Below, piece after piece: positions 22,512 through 32,377 of a stretch of 64,000 bases of DNA. A program made the position numbers and the translations under genes. The stretch is taken from assembly GCA_965222615.1 (NCBI GenBank), contig CBDCUI010000008.1:448001-512000 (forward strand), read 5' to 3'. Below the pieces are notes generated by a model, which saw only the letters and a program-made list of their open reading frames with translations, was not told the origin of the DNA and ran no database searches. The first letter of the stretch is position 1, and every line of letters starts with the position of its first letter. The DNA is from Gammaproteobacteria bacterium (GTDB lineage: Bacteria > Pseudomonadota > Gammaproteobacteria > UBA4575).

Positions 22512-25328
22512 CTATGAGGCCAAAGCGGTTGGATGGTCATTATCAAAGGGAAGCTGAGTTTCAGTTTGAGATATTTTTTGCGCATCACTCGCTTGTTCAC
22601 TAGCACTAAAAAAAGCTACCAGCTGATAGAGTTCTTTGGCTTGCTGTGCTAAATCCTCGCTAGCAGCTGTTGCTTCTTCGGCCATTGCTGCATTTTGACT
22701 AGTCAAAGATTGCAAGTGCCCCATTGCTTGATGGACTTGATTGACACCAAGTGATTGTTCATCCGCTGCAGTAGAAATTTCACCAACAATGGTTGTCACT
22801 TTTTCCACACCATTTACAATTTCACTGAGGGTTTCTCCCGATCTTGTTACTAACTTAGAACCACATTGTACTTTCTGTACACTGTCTTCAATTAATTCCT
22901 TGATTTCTTTTGCTGCAGTAGCACTGCGCTCGGCAAGATTTCTTACTTCATTTGCTACGACAGCAAAACCGCGTCCTTCAGTACCTGCTCGTGCAGCCTC
23001 AACCGAGGCATTTAGGGCTAGCAAATTAGTCTGAAACGCGATTTCATCAATTACACCTATGATTTCAGCAATTTGGTTGCTCGCTAGGCTTATCTGTTCC
23101 ATCGCATCGACTGCTTCTTTCACTACGTCGCCTCCATGAATTGCACATTCACGTGCTTCACACGCTAAATTTTTTGCTCGATTGGCATTGGAAGCTGTAT
23201 GTTGAACTGTAGAGGTAATCTCATTCATACTTGCAGCTGTTTCTTCTAGGTTTGTCGCTTGTTTTTCGGTGCGGCCGCTCAAATTGTTATTTCCTTCTGC
23301 GATGCTTGCAACTTTAATATTGACAGAAGCGGATGCTTGCTGAATTTTATTCACTACTTCCGTTAATTTTGCAACGGTTGCATTGGCATCTTTTTTTAAT
23401 TTTTCAAACGCACCTTCAAAATCATCGGCAATGCTTTCATTAAGATTTCCATGAGATACAGCTTCAAGCACACGACCTGTAGCAGAAAATACTTTGGTTA
23501 TCATATCCAGTGATGAATTAAGATTAGTTTTCATTTCCCCCAATTGACCAGGTAAATCATTCTCAACACGTGAATCAAGGTTGCCCTTGGCAACCATTGA
23601 CATTACTTGATGAATGCTACTTAGAGCATCATCAATGGATTGCATGGAACGATTGACGTGTTGTCCAAATTTATTGAACTCTCCTTTTAGTTCAGATGTC
23701 ATTCGGCGTTTGAAATCTCCTCGAACCAATGCATCCATTAATTCATTCAAAGAATCCATAGTTTTATCGATAGAATCCGCAGAAGTATTTACACTATTTT
23801 TGAGTTTTTCTAAATCGCCGTGCACGTTAGAAATTACTCGCCGACTAAAATCGCCTTGTGCAATACCACTTACAACCTCATTTACATCATGAATAGTTTT
23901 CTCTAAGTTGTTTAACAAGTCATTAAAACTATCTGCCGATTGGCCAATCTCGTCATTACTTGCAATGGCAACTCGCCGACTGAAATCGCCGGTAGTGATG
24001 ATATCTACCATAGTTTTTCTCATCGCTTCTATTGGTTTTGCAATCCCCTTAGCAAATTTTAATGCAGCCATGACTAATATAATCACTACGATTAGAGACA
24101 ACCCAGCAATTTGAAATTTGATTCTGTTTAACGATGCAAATGCTTCTTTAGCCTCTATATCAACCACCAATGCCCAGTTAAGTGGACCAAAACTAACTGG
24201 ACCATAACTTGAAAGCACCTCTGTACCAGCATAATTTTTTGACTCTAATACACCTGTTTCAGCAATTCCCTTGCGAATCGTTTCACTAACTATTTTTATA
24301 TTCTTTTTAAAAGATGTTTCGACTGAGTACAATTTTGGGTTTTTATAGGAATCAGATCGTAATAAACCGTCAGATCCTACAAGATAAGCCTCTCCAGTTT
24401 CTCCCATCCCGGAGCGCGTATTCATAATTGCTGATATTTTGTCTAAGGGCATCTGAAATATCAGTGCGCCTACCTTCTTATTGCCGTCAAATATGGGCGT
24501 TGCAATAAAACTGGCTGGTGATGCATAAGAAGGTAAATAGGGTGCATAATCTAGTAGTATAAATTCATCGTTTGATGTTAATTGATTGGCTTGTTTAAAA
24601 GCCTCAGCTAAGCCTGTGTCTGCAAATGGCCCATTAATTAGACTAGTGGCATAGTCTAGTTCTTTAAAGACAGAATACACGACCCTGCCTTGTTCGTTGT
24701 CCACTAAAAATATATCGTAATATCCAAATGCCTTAAGAAATTTTCTTAGACTTGGATGAATCAAAGCATGTGCAGCATCGTAATTTGTGTTTAACGAGGA
24801 AGCATCTTGATTATCTTTATTACCTAACGAAGCTGAATTGTTATAGATGTATGCATGCTGTAAAGCGATGGCTTCAGGACTTAGTTTGTCGAGAAGCTTA
24901 TCTACATCGATATCTTGTTGTTCGTTTAGTTCTTTGAATTGACGTAGAAATTCATTACGATAATAAAGCGAAAGCTCTTTCTTTAGTTTTGGTACATTAT
25001 CAAGGTCGTTTGAATCTTGTAAAAATTTTTCATATCCAACTTGAATTTTCTGAATGCCATCAATTAGTTCGCGACTTGAAGATAAAGTCAATACTTGTTG
25101 GATAATTGTGTCGCTATAGTTTTCGACTGCTTGTATTTTGCTATCACGTAAAGACTCAAGCTGACTATAAGCTTGGTTGGTTATATTATTGTGTGATTGC
25201 CAAACAGCGATGCATGCAGTAATTAACATTGGGATCATACCAATGGGAATAAATGCCGTAACAAGTTTATGTTTAAGACTGCTTTTTACAAGTGCCTTTA
25301 GTGAGCCAGATTGATTTCTAGTGATCAT
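22512..25328 (-). CDS. Methyl-accepting chemotaxis protein (large periplasmic Cache-like sensor, poly-HAMP)
   Basis: Two TMs, GMGETGEAYLVG, repeated GDFSRR HAMP units, IAFQTNLLALNASVEAARAG hairpin tip. Confidence 0.95.
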   Translation of the reverse strand: MITRNQSGSLKALVKSSLKHKLVTAFIPIGMIPMLITACIAVWQSHNNITNQAYSQLESLRDSKIQAVENYSDTIIQQVLTLSSSRELIDGIQKIQVGYEKFLQDSNDLDNVPKLKKELSLYYRNEFLRQFKELNEQQDIDVDKLLDKLSPEAIALQHAYIYNNSASLGNKDNQDASSLNTNYDAAHALIHPSLRKFLKAFGYYDIFLVDNEQGRVVYSVFKELDYATSLINGPFADTGLAEAFKQANQLTSNDEFILLDYAPYLPSYASPASFIATPIFDGNKKVGALIFQMPLDKISAIMNTRSGMGETGEAYLVGSDGLLRSDSYKNPKLYSVETSFKKNIKIVSETIRKGIAETGVLESKNYAGTEVLSSYGPVSFGPLNWALVVDIEAKEAFASLNRIKFQIAGLSLIVVIILVMAALKFAKGIAKPIEAMRKTMVDIITTGDFSRRVAIASNDEIGQSADSFNDLLNNLEKTIHDVNEVVSGIAQGDFSRRVISNVHGDLEKLKNSVNTSADSIDKTMDSLNELMDALVRGDFKRRMTSELKGEFNKFGQHVNRSMQSIDDALSSIHQVMSMVAKGNLDSRVENDLPGQLGEMKTNLNSSLDMITKVFSATGRVLEAVSHGNLNESIADDFEGAFEKLKKDANATVAKLTEVVNKIQQASASVNIKVASIAEGNNNLSGRTEKQATNLEETAASMNEITSTVQHTASNANRAKNLACEARECAIHGGDVVKEAVDAMEQISLASNQIAEIIGVIDEIAFQTNLLALNASVEAARAGTEGRGFAVVANEVRNLAERSATAAKEIKELIEDSVQKVQCGSKLVTRSGETLSEIVNGVEKVTTIVGEISTAADEQSLGVNQVHQAMGHLQSLTSQNAAMAEEATAASEDLAQQAKELYQLVAFFSASEQASDAQKISQTETQLPFDNDHPTALAS

Positions 25329-25804
25329 ATATGTTTAATTAGTTCATCGAATGAATTTATTTATTAAACATTTATGTTTGCGCAGAAATAAAATTTGCCT
25401 TCTGCACTGCCCGATTTGACTAAGGCAGTGATATAAAAATTTAGTATATATAATGTATATGACGGCAATTATTGTTTTATATGCATTCGGATTGTCGGTT
25501 TAAAAATGATTTTCATCAAAAAAATACAAATTCCTTTCTGCATTGCACACGTTTATATTGTTGATTACGTTTCTGGTATCTAGTTGATATATCAACTTTT
25601 ATTTGAAATTTTTAGTAAACCGTATGCTCAGATATTGACTTTAGCAGTGCTAATATTGCATCAGTGAGTTTTAGTTGGCTCAATAGGATTAGACCCAACT
25701 AGCTTATCTACTAAATATGGAAAATATATTGTGTGATTTGCTAAATTCTTAGCAGAAAATTTAGAGAAATATTTATTGAACTATTTACTATTACTTATAT
25801 GTAA

Positions 25805-25969
25805 TTAGTCTTGTTCATATAAGCAATCGATAAACTCTGTTGACTCTTCGTTTAGTATTTCAATGTTCCATATTTGGTTGGATAATCTACTTTCTAGAAG
25901 AAAAGTATTTTCACTCAGTTTTGTAAGGAAGTATAAATGTGACAACTGTTTATCTACTTCTAAATTCAT
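25805..25969 (-). CDS. Possible small protein (54 aa)
   Basis: ATG at 25969 preceded by AGGA; no homology recognised. Confidence 0.3.
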   Translation of the reverse strand: MNLEVDKQLSHLYFLTKLSENTFLLESRLSNQIWNIEILNEESTEFIDCLYEQD

Positions 25970-26180
25970 GAAGAATTCCTGTATTAATCTGAGATAACCT
26001 AATACACACCGTAGCAAACATTTTTTTACGAAAGTGTTAAATAGGTCTATTCTAATAGACCGTTTACACCGCTGATTTCACCCATTGAGAAATTTCTGCA
26101 GAGAAAAAATAAAATCCCTTAAACAGAAGTCACAATAATCTTTTTTCTTATACGGTATTTATCATCCACAGTTTAGAAAA

Positions 26181-26653
26181 AAGGTGTCGCTTCGCGACAG
26201 ATCCATTTGCGTGTACTACCAGGTCACATCCATAGTAGGTTGTTAGAACTGCTAGGTAACATGTGACCTATTTTTTTGGGTGAGAAAAGAACATGTGTTA
26301 CTTGCGTGACAACTTCTATTTGGGTGGGATACTCAAGTTATACTGGTTTTGTGTGCCTTCGGCACAATTAATTTGCAGGCAATAGCCGCCTAATTTGAAA
26401 AGGAATCGCTACGCGATATTTGATTTGCGCATAATACCCATGCGCACGTGTGATACCGAGGAGAGGATTGAACCAGGTCGCACCCACTAAAATAAAGAAA
26501 TGAGAAATTCTATCGTGCGACCTATTACTGCTTAGTCAAAAAAATTTCAGGAGTATTTGGAGGTAGGTCTTCTCTTCGTATACAGCATATTCTATTTTGA
26601 GAAGGTGTCGCTTCGCGACAGATCCATTTGCGTGTAATACCCACACGCAAGTG
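26181..26653 (-). repeat. tRNA-linked mosaic repeat array downstream of tRNA-Leu(CAG)
   Basis: 35-bp exact repeat at 26181-26215 and 26602-26636; degenerate copy of the tRNA 3' end at 26451-26474; modules shared with 51036-51329. Confidence 0.85.
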
Positions 26654-26740
26654 TGGTGCCGAGGAGAGGACTTGAACCTCCACGGGATTGCTCCCACTAG
26701 CACCTGAAGCTAGCGCGTCTACCAATTTCGCCACCTCGGC
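26654..26740 (-). tRNA. tRNA-Leu (CAG)
   Basis: GCCGAGGTGGCGAAATTGGTAGACGCGCTAGC-TTCAGGT-GCTAG...GGTTCAAGTCC...GGCACCA; long variable arm, encoded CCA. Confidence 0.97.
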
Positions 26741-26781
26741 TTTTGAACGATTTTCGATCAGATAGACCGGAAAGGTGTCGA

Positions 26782-26811
26782 ACTCTAGCGAAGGGCAACT
26801 TCCTTTGTCAA
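26782..26811 (-). promoter_or_regulatory. Sigma70 promoter for tRNA-Leu(CAG)
   Basis: TTGACA-18 nt-TAGAGT about 40 nt upstream of the tRNA. Confidence 0.65.
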
Positions 26812-26896
26812 CGCAGTATAAATTTGTCCTTATGTGTCTGGATGAAATGTATTGGATTTTCAGTTGTGTTTAGAAAAGGGTAAAGTGCGTTCACCC

Positions 26897-29122
26897 ATGG
26901 CACGCAAGAATAAGAAAAGATTTAAAGACCCATACGCCAAACGAGAAGCGGCGAAGTACGAACACCCAATAGCAAGTCGTGAGCTCATTCTTGAGATATT
27001 GGAAACTAGTGAAGGACCACTGTCCTTGTCGGCGTTACATGAAGCGTTAGAAGTCGATTCAGATGAGGTTGTTGATGCCCTAGCGCGACGTCTAGGTGCA
27101 ATGGAACGCGATGGTCAAATCATTCGTAATCGGCAAAACCACTATTTACCCATTAATAAAGTTGATTTGGTACGTGGACGAGTGGTGGGTCATCCTGAAG
27201 GGTTTGGGTTTTTGATACCTGACGAAGGTGGGGAAGATCTTTTTTTACCTCCTTATGAAATGCGAGTTTTAATGCATGGTGACCGTGCAATTGTTCGGCC
27301 TGCAGGAAAGTCTAAGCGCGGTAAATTACAGGGCAAGCTCGTTGAAATTATTGAACGCCACAATAAACAAATTGTAGGCAGGTATTATAAAGAAGCTGGA
27401 ATAGGTTTTGTGGTGCCAGATAATAAACGCCTGAATCAAGATGTCATGATTCCGGCAGACCAATCTAATGCGGCGTCAAATGGCCAATTTGTAGTAGTAG
27501 CTATTATCGAGCAACCAAACAAATCTCGACAACCGATTGGCAAAGTGATCGAAGTATTAGGGGATCATTTAGCACCTGGGATGGAGATTGATGTCGCTAT
27601 TCGTTCTTATGACCTTCCATACCAGTGGCCAAAACAAGTACTGCAAGAAGCTGAGCAGTTTAATGCAGACTCGATTCAACAGCAGCTAAATAATCGAAAA
27701 GATTTGCGTGACTTAGCATTTGTAACCATAGACGGTATTGATGCAAAGGATTTTGATGATGCAATATATTGCGAACCACGTGAAAATGGTTGGCGTTTGT
27801 GGGTGGCTATTGCAGATGTCTCGCATTATGTGCAAGCAGATTCGGCACTAGACCAAGAAGCACGCAAACGTGGCACCTCTGTATATTTTCCAGAGCGAGT
27901 TATTCCGATGTTGCCAGAACAACTTTCCAACGAGCTATGCTCACTAAAACCTGATGTCGATCGACTTTGTATGATCTGTGAGATGTTTGTTTCTAAAGAC
28001 GGTGAGTTAAAAAGACATGCGTTTTATGATGCGATTATGTGTTCTGCCGCCAGGCTTACTTATGATGAAGTATATCAAATACTTTATGAAAAAAATAAAC
28101 AGGCGCGTGAGAAACATCATAATTTATTATCTGATCTAGAAAATTTACAAAAGACATATAATGCATTACGCAAACAACGCACGAAGCGTAGTGCAATTGA
28201 TTTTGAAACTAAAGAAACCATTTTTAAATTTGATGAAAATAAAAAAATAAAAACAATTCTTCCGCGCAAACGCAATCAAGCACATATGATTATTGAAGAA
28301 TGTATGATCAGTGCTAATGTTGCAGCGGCAAAATTCATTACAAAGCGTAAATTACCCACTTTATATCGAGTGCACGATGGACCAACCGAAGAAAAACAAA
28401 GAGATTTAAGAGAATTTCTACAATCGTTAGGTGTGGGTTTTACTAAAGCAAACAAAGTCAAGCCAAGTGACTACATGGCGGTAATGAAAAAAATTGCGCA
28501 TAGAAAAGATAAGCATATTATTGAAATTATTTTATTACGTTCTATGGCTCAAGCCGTATACAGCTCAGATAATATTGGTCATTTTGGTTTAGCATTGCCA
28601 CTGTACACCCATTTTACTTCACCGATTCGACGTTATCCTGATCTTATTGTGCATCGCGCGATTCGTCATTTGTTAGATGAAAGAAATAAGAATTCATTTC
28701 CTTTATCACGTAATGATTTGCTTCTTTTGGGCGAAGAATGTTCGATGTGTGAGCGTCGTGCCGATGATGCGACGCGTGATGTAGATGCGTGGCTTAAGTG
28801 TGAGTTTATGCTGGATAAATTAGGGCAACATTTTACTGGCGTGATCAACTCTGTTACTGCGTTTGGATTTTTTGTGATACTTGATGATGTTTTTGTAGAA
28901 GGGCTCGTGCATGTAACTGCACTGAAAAATGATTATTATCATTATGACGAGCAATCACATTGTTTATTTGGTGAAAAAAGCAAAATACGTTATAGCCTAG
29001 GAGACACAGTGGATGTGATTGTGGCTCGTGTAAGTCTGGATGAAAGGAAAATAGATTTTGTTTTAAATGAGTCTGCTAGTAAACAAAGCAAAAAAAAATA
29101 TAAAAGACGCAAAAAACATTAA
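26897..29122 (+). CDS. rnr: Ribonuclease R
   Basis: HTH, CSD GHPEGFGF, TIDGIDAKDFDDA, YTHFTSPIRRYPD, S1 domain, basic tail; ATG 26897 preferred. Confidence 0.97.
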   Translation: MARKNKKRFKDPYAKREAAKYEHPIASRELILEILETSEGPLSLSALHEALEVDSDEVVDALARRLGAMERDGQIIRNRQNHYLPINKVDLVRGRVVGHPEGFGFLIPDEGGEDLFLPPYEMRVLMHGDRAIVRPAGKSKRGKLQGKLVEIIERHNKQIVGRYYKEAGIGFVVPDNKRLNQDVMIPADQSNAASNGQFVVVAIIEQPNKSRQPIGKVIEVLGDHLAPGMEIDVAIRSYDLPYQWPKQVLQEAEQFNADSIQQQLNNRKDLRDLAFVTIDGIDAKDFDDAIYCEPRENGWRLWVAIADVSHYVQADSALDQEARKRGTSVYFPERVIPMLPEQLSNELCSLKPDVDRLCMICEMFVSKDGELKRHAFYDAIMCSAARLTYDEVYQILYEKNKQAREKHHNLLSDLENLQKTYNALRKQRTKRSAIDFETKETIFKFDENKKIKTILPRKRNQAHMIIEECMISANVAAAKFITKRKLPTLYRVHDGPTEEKQRDLREFLQSLGVGFTKANKVKPSDYMAVMKKIAHRKDKHIIEIILLRSMAQAVYSSDNIGHFGLALPLYTHFTSPIRRYPDLIVHRAIRHLLDERNKNSFPLSRNDLLLLGEECSMCERRADDATRDVDAWLKCEFMLDKLGQHFTGVINSVTAFGFFVILDDVFVEGLVHVTALKNDYYHYDEQSHCLFGEKSKIRYSLGDTVDVIVARVSLDERKIDFVLNESASKQSKKKYKRRKKH

Positions 29123-29134
29123 GTTTATTAGATT

Positions 29135-29878
29135 GTGCAAAATATTATTTATGGGTTTCATAGTTGTCTCGCTGCAATACAGCAGAAATCATTTTATATA
29201 CGAGAGGTTTGCTTGTTAGAGTCACGAGAAGATAAACGTATACAGCGAATTCAATCTGAGATTCTTGAAAGGAAAATAACGCATCGATTTGTTACCAAAC
29301 AAGAAATTGAACAAATCTGTGGTGATGCTAACCATCAAGGTGTAGTAGTCATTTGCAACAATCGACAAACTGCAAGTGAAGCAGATTTGCTTGAATACTG
29401 TATGCAGGCACAATCTCCTTTATTGTTACTTGTGCTAGATCAAATAGTAGATCCACATAATTTGGGTGCATGTTTGCGAACCGCAGAAGCCGCTGGCACA
29501 AATGCCGTAATTTGTTCTGCAAGAAAATCGGCAGCACTTACCCCAACAGTGCGTAAAGTTTCTTGTGGGGCATCCGAACGCATACCGCTGGTTATTGCAA
29601 AAAATCTTGTTCGTTATCTAAAAGAATTAAAGCAGTTAGGTATTTGGGTCTATGGAACGCAACCAGATGCAGAGAAGTTGATCTACACGGCTGATTTTAG
29701 TCGCTCTGTGGCATTGGTAATAGGCGCGGAGTCTACAGGCATGCGTCGGCTCACCGCTGAAGCCTGTGATGAATTGCTAAGAATGCCTATGTCAGGTGAT
29801 ATGGCCAGTTTGAATGTATCGGTTGCAGCGGGAATTGGATTATTCGAGGCCGTTCGTCAACGCACTTGTATAGATTGA
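29135..29878 (+). CDS. rlmB: 23S rRNA Gm2251 methyltransferase
   Basis: HQGV, DPHNLGACLRTA, IGAES, SLNVSVA; follows rnr. Confidence 0.95.
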   Translation: MQNIIYGFHSCLAAIQQKSFYIREVCLLESREDKRIQRIQSEILERKITHRFVTKQEIEQICGDANHQGVVVICNNRQTASEADLLEYCMQAQSPLLLLVLDQIVDPHNLGACLRTAEAAGTNAVICSARKSAALTPTVRKVSCGASERIPLVIAKNLVRYLKELKQLGIWVYGTQPDAEKLIYTADFSRSVALVIGAESTGMRRLTAEACDELLRMPMSGDMASLNVSVAAGIGLFEAVRQRTCID

Positions 29879-29956
29879 TTCTAAAGGGATAATAGGTGAG
29901 AGCTTGCCTGTTGATGTAGCTTCACGTAGACTGCGCTGCTCTTAAAAATACATATG

Positions 29957-30005
29957 CTCCTTGCTTCACTAGTCTATGTGCTAGGAGGCATATATTCATA
30001 AGGAG
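29957..30005 (+). promoter_or_regulatory. Putative S6:S18 ribosomal leader
   Basis: CTCCTT (29957) can pair with the SD AAGGAG (30000-30005), enclosing a GCTTC-CTAG/CTAG-GAGGC stem directly upstream of rpsF. Confidence 0.55.
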
Positions 30006-30011
30006 AACTAA

Positions 30012-30485
30012 ATGCGTCACTACGAAATAGTGTTTCTGGTGCATCCTGACCAGAGTGATCAAGTGCCTGCAATGATTGAGCGCTACCGTTCTATCATTGA
30101 GAATCAAGGTAACGGCAAAGTCCACAGATTAGAAGACTGGGGGCGTTTGCAACTTTCATATCCTATACAAAAAGTCCATAAAGCACATTATGTGTTGATG
30201 AACATAGAGTGTGATCAAGAAGTCTTAAATGAAATGACTAGTGCTTTTCGGTTTAACGACGCCGTAATCCGCAATATGGTCATAGCGATGAAAAAAGCAG
30301 TGACAGAAGCTTCGCCAATGATGAAGATTATAGAGAAAGAAAATGCTGAAAGTGAAAAGCAGAGTTCTTTGAAATCTTCAAAGTCATTGGATGAAAGCGA
30401 TAATCCTGGGCAATTAGAAGATTCGTTTCAATCTAAAGATGCAGAAACAGAACAAGAACCCGCTGAGTCGCAGGTATTAGAATAA
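30012..30485 (+). CDS. rpsF: 30S ribosomal protein S6 with acidic C-terminal extension
   Basis: [37 protein letters not shown]. Confidence 0.98.
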   Translation: MRHYEIVFLVHPDQSDQVPAMIERYRSIIENQGNGKVHRLEDWGRLQLSYPIQKVHKAHYVLMNIECDQEVLNEMTSAFRFNDAVIRNMVIAMKKAVTEASPMMKIIEKENAESEKQSSLKSSKSLDESDNPGQLEDSFQSKDAETEQEPAESQVLE

Positions 30486-30529
30486 AGTATAGATGAATAT
30501 GGTATTGAAAAACTATAGAGGTATTTGAT

Positions 30530-30754
30530 ATGGCACATTATTTCCGTAGAAGAAGATATTGCCGCTTTACAGAAGAAGGTATTGAAGAAATCGATTATAA
30601 AGATATTGAGTTGCTAAAAGACTTTATTACTGAGACGGGTAAAATTGTTCCAAGTAGAGTGACTGGCACAAAAGCAAAGTATCAGCGCCAACTATCAACG
30701 GCAATTAAACGTGCGCGATATGTTGCATTGTTGCCATATTGTGATCAACACTAA
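30530..30754 (+). CDS. rpsR: 30S ribosomal protein S18
   Basis: [32 protein letters not shown]. Confidence 0.99.
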   Translation: MAHYFRRRRYCRFTEEGIEEIDYKDIELLKDFITETGKIVPSRVTGTKAKYQRQLSTAIKRARYVALLPYCDQH

Positions 30755-30931
30755 GAACCAATCTCAAAATGCATTTAGCACGTTGATAACGTGTTGTAGA
30801 CCTTTCTCAGGTATTTTCTGTTGTCATGTGAGCTCTACTTTTCAGGGGCTCTGTGCCTTGTCTAAGTACACTATTTACTATTTTGGAATGGACTCTAACT
30901 TTAGTGACGGAGTATTTTTCAATAATTAATC

Positions 30932-31846
30932 ATGCGTTCACTGGCTCGTTACTTATTAACCGGACCTATTCAAGCCACTATAGTTATATTTGGTTTTGCT
31001 GTGTTGTCTTTTCCATTTCCCATTTTGCTTATTTTTAGTGGTGGGGCACTTGTCTTAGTAATGCTCCAACAAGGCTTTAGGCAAGGAGTGAGTGTTTTAG
31101 CTATCTGTATACTGCTTATGGTGGTTAGCGGTCTTTTAGTTTTTGGAAAATTGGTGGTTGAGCCATTAACAGTTTGGATAACAATCATGGTGATTGCAAC
31201 GATTTACCTTAATTCCAAGTCCCTTAATGTAACATTGCAATTATTAACGCTAATTGGTTTGTTTTTAGTATTACTGATTTCGATTATATTTCCTGATTTA
31301 TCCAATCGATGGCTTACGTTTTTACAAAATATTTTGCAAGCAGCAAGTAAGGATCCATCATTTAATTCTATGCTGCAAAGTGCAAGACTAAGCAGTGAAA
31401 AGATTGAACAATATTTGCCAATAATCGCTTCAGTGATTACGGGTGGGCTCATTGCGTTGTATTTGCTTGTGTCAAGCCTAATGCTGTTTTTTGGTCGCTG
31501 GTGGCAAGAGATTTATACTAATACCCAGGCTTTTCGTAAGGAGTTTATTTCCTTAAAGCTTGGTAAAGTGCTAGCTATACTAGCAATTTTATTTGTATTC
31601 GCTGGATTGGTTGTTAAACATGCAATTCTCTGGCAGTTAGCGATCGTATGTCTTAGCATGTTCTCGATTCAGGGAATGGCAATAGTTCATGCTCTAGTTG
31701 GGCAACTATCTAGTCCTATATTTGGGTTTATAGCTGTGTATGGGCTACTTTTTATCGTTCCACAGGTAGCTTTTGTGTTATCTGCCTTGGGAGTATTGGA
31801 TTCATTTATTAATTTTCGAATAAAACTTACAAAGTCAAATACATAA
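30932..31846 (+). CDS. DUF2232-like membrane protein
   Basis: Multi-TM, GRWWQ..FRKEF and LGVLDSFINFR motifs; position between rpsR and rplI. Confidence 0.85.
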   Translation: MRSLARYLLTGPIQATIVIFGFAVLSFPFPILLIFSGGALVLVMLQQGFRQGVSVLAICILLMVVSGLLVFGKLVVEPLTVWITIMVIATIYLNSKSLNVTLQLLTLIGLFLVLLISIIFPDLSNRWLTFLQNILQAASKDPSFNSMLQSARLSSEKIEQYLPIIASVITGGLIALYLLVSSLMLFFGRWWQEIYTNTQAFRKEFISLKLGKVLAILAILFVFAGLVVKHAILWQLAIVCLSMFSIQGMAIVHALVGQLSSPIFGFIAVYGLLFIVPQVAFVLSALGVLDSFINFRIKLTKSNT

Positions 31847-31891
31847 TTATCAAGAAAATATTTTTTTATAAATTTTTAAAAGAGAAAGAAA

Positions 31892-32344
31892 ATGGAAGTT
31901 ATTTTATTAACTAAAATTGAAAATCTAGGTGATCTTGGTGAAAAAGTCAAAGTGCGACCTGGATATGCACGTAATTTTCTTATACCAAGTGGTAAAGCTA
32001 AGTTTGCTACTGCAGAAAATCTTGCAGAATTTGAAGCGCGTCGTGCGGAGTTAGAAAAACTTGCTGCCGATTCATTGACGACAGCGCAAGCACGTAAAGC
32101 CGAGCTAGATGGCAGTACAATTACAATTACTGCAAAAACCTCAGGGGAGGAAGGTAAAATATTTGGTTCAGTAGGGACCGTTGATATAGCAAATGCATTA
32201 AATGAGGCTGGCAAACACGTTGAAAAGAAAGAAATACGCTTGCCTTCAGGGGCATTTAGGCATGTTGGCGAATATCAAGTCGACATACATTTACATACAG
32301 ATGTCAATGCCACAATAAATTTAGAAATTGTTGGAGAAGAGTAA
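31892..32344 (+). CDS. rplI: 50S ribosomal protein L9
   Basis: MEVILL..NLG..VRPGYARNFLIP, GKIFGSV. Confidence 0.99.
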   Translation: MEVILLTKIENLGDLGEKVKVRPGYARNFLIPSGKAKFATAENLAEFEARRAELEKLAADSLTTAQARKAELDGSTITITAKTSGEEGKIFGSVGTVDIANALNEAGKHVEKKEIRLPSGAFRHVGEYQVDIHLHTDVNATINLEIVGEE

Positions 32345-32377
32345 TATAAGGCATCAAATTTTTTGTAGAATACTTTT

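Noticed and set aside
25375-25430. c-di-GMP-I riboswitch upstream of the MCP (GGCAAA..CGCAAA on the minus strand)
   Set aside because: No GNRA-capped P2 stem, wrong spacing and no P3 match
26181-26653. CRISPR array interpretation of the repeats with ~31-nt variable loops
   Set aside because: No constant direct repeat at a regular period and no cas genes in the window
26525-26734. 69-aa ORF, and likewise 51204-51410 and 51271-51471
   Set aside because: Translations of tRNA-Leu genes and their trailers
30486-30529. No priB between rpsF and rpsR
   Set aside because: rpsF-rpsR-DUF2232-rplI-dnaB is a common order in non-enteric gammaproteobacteria
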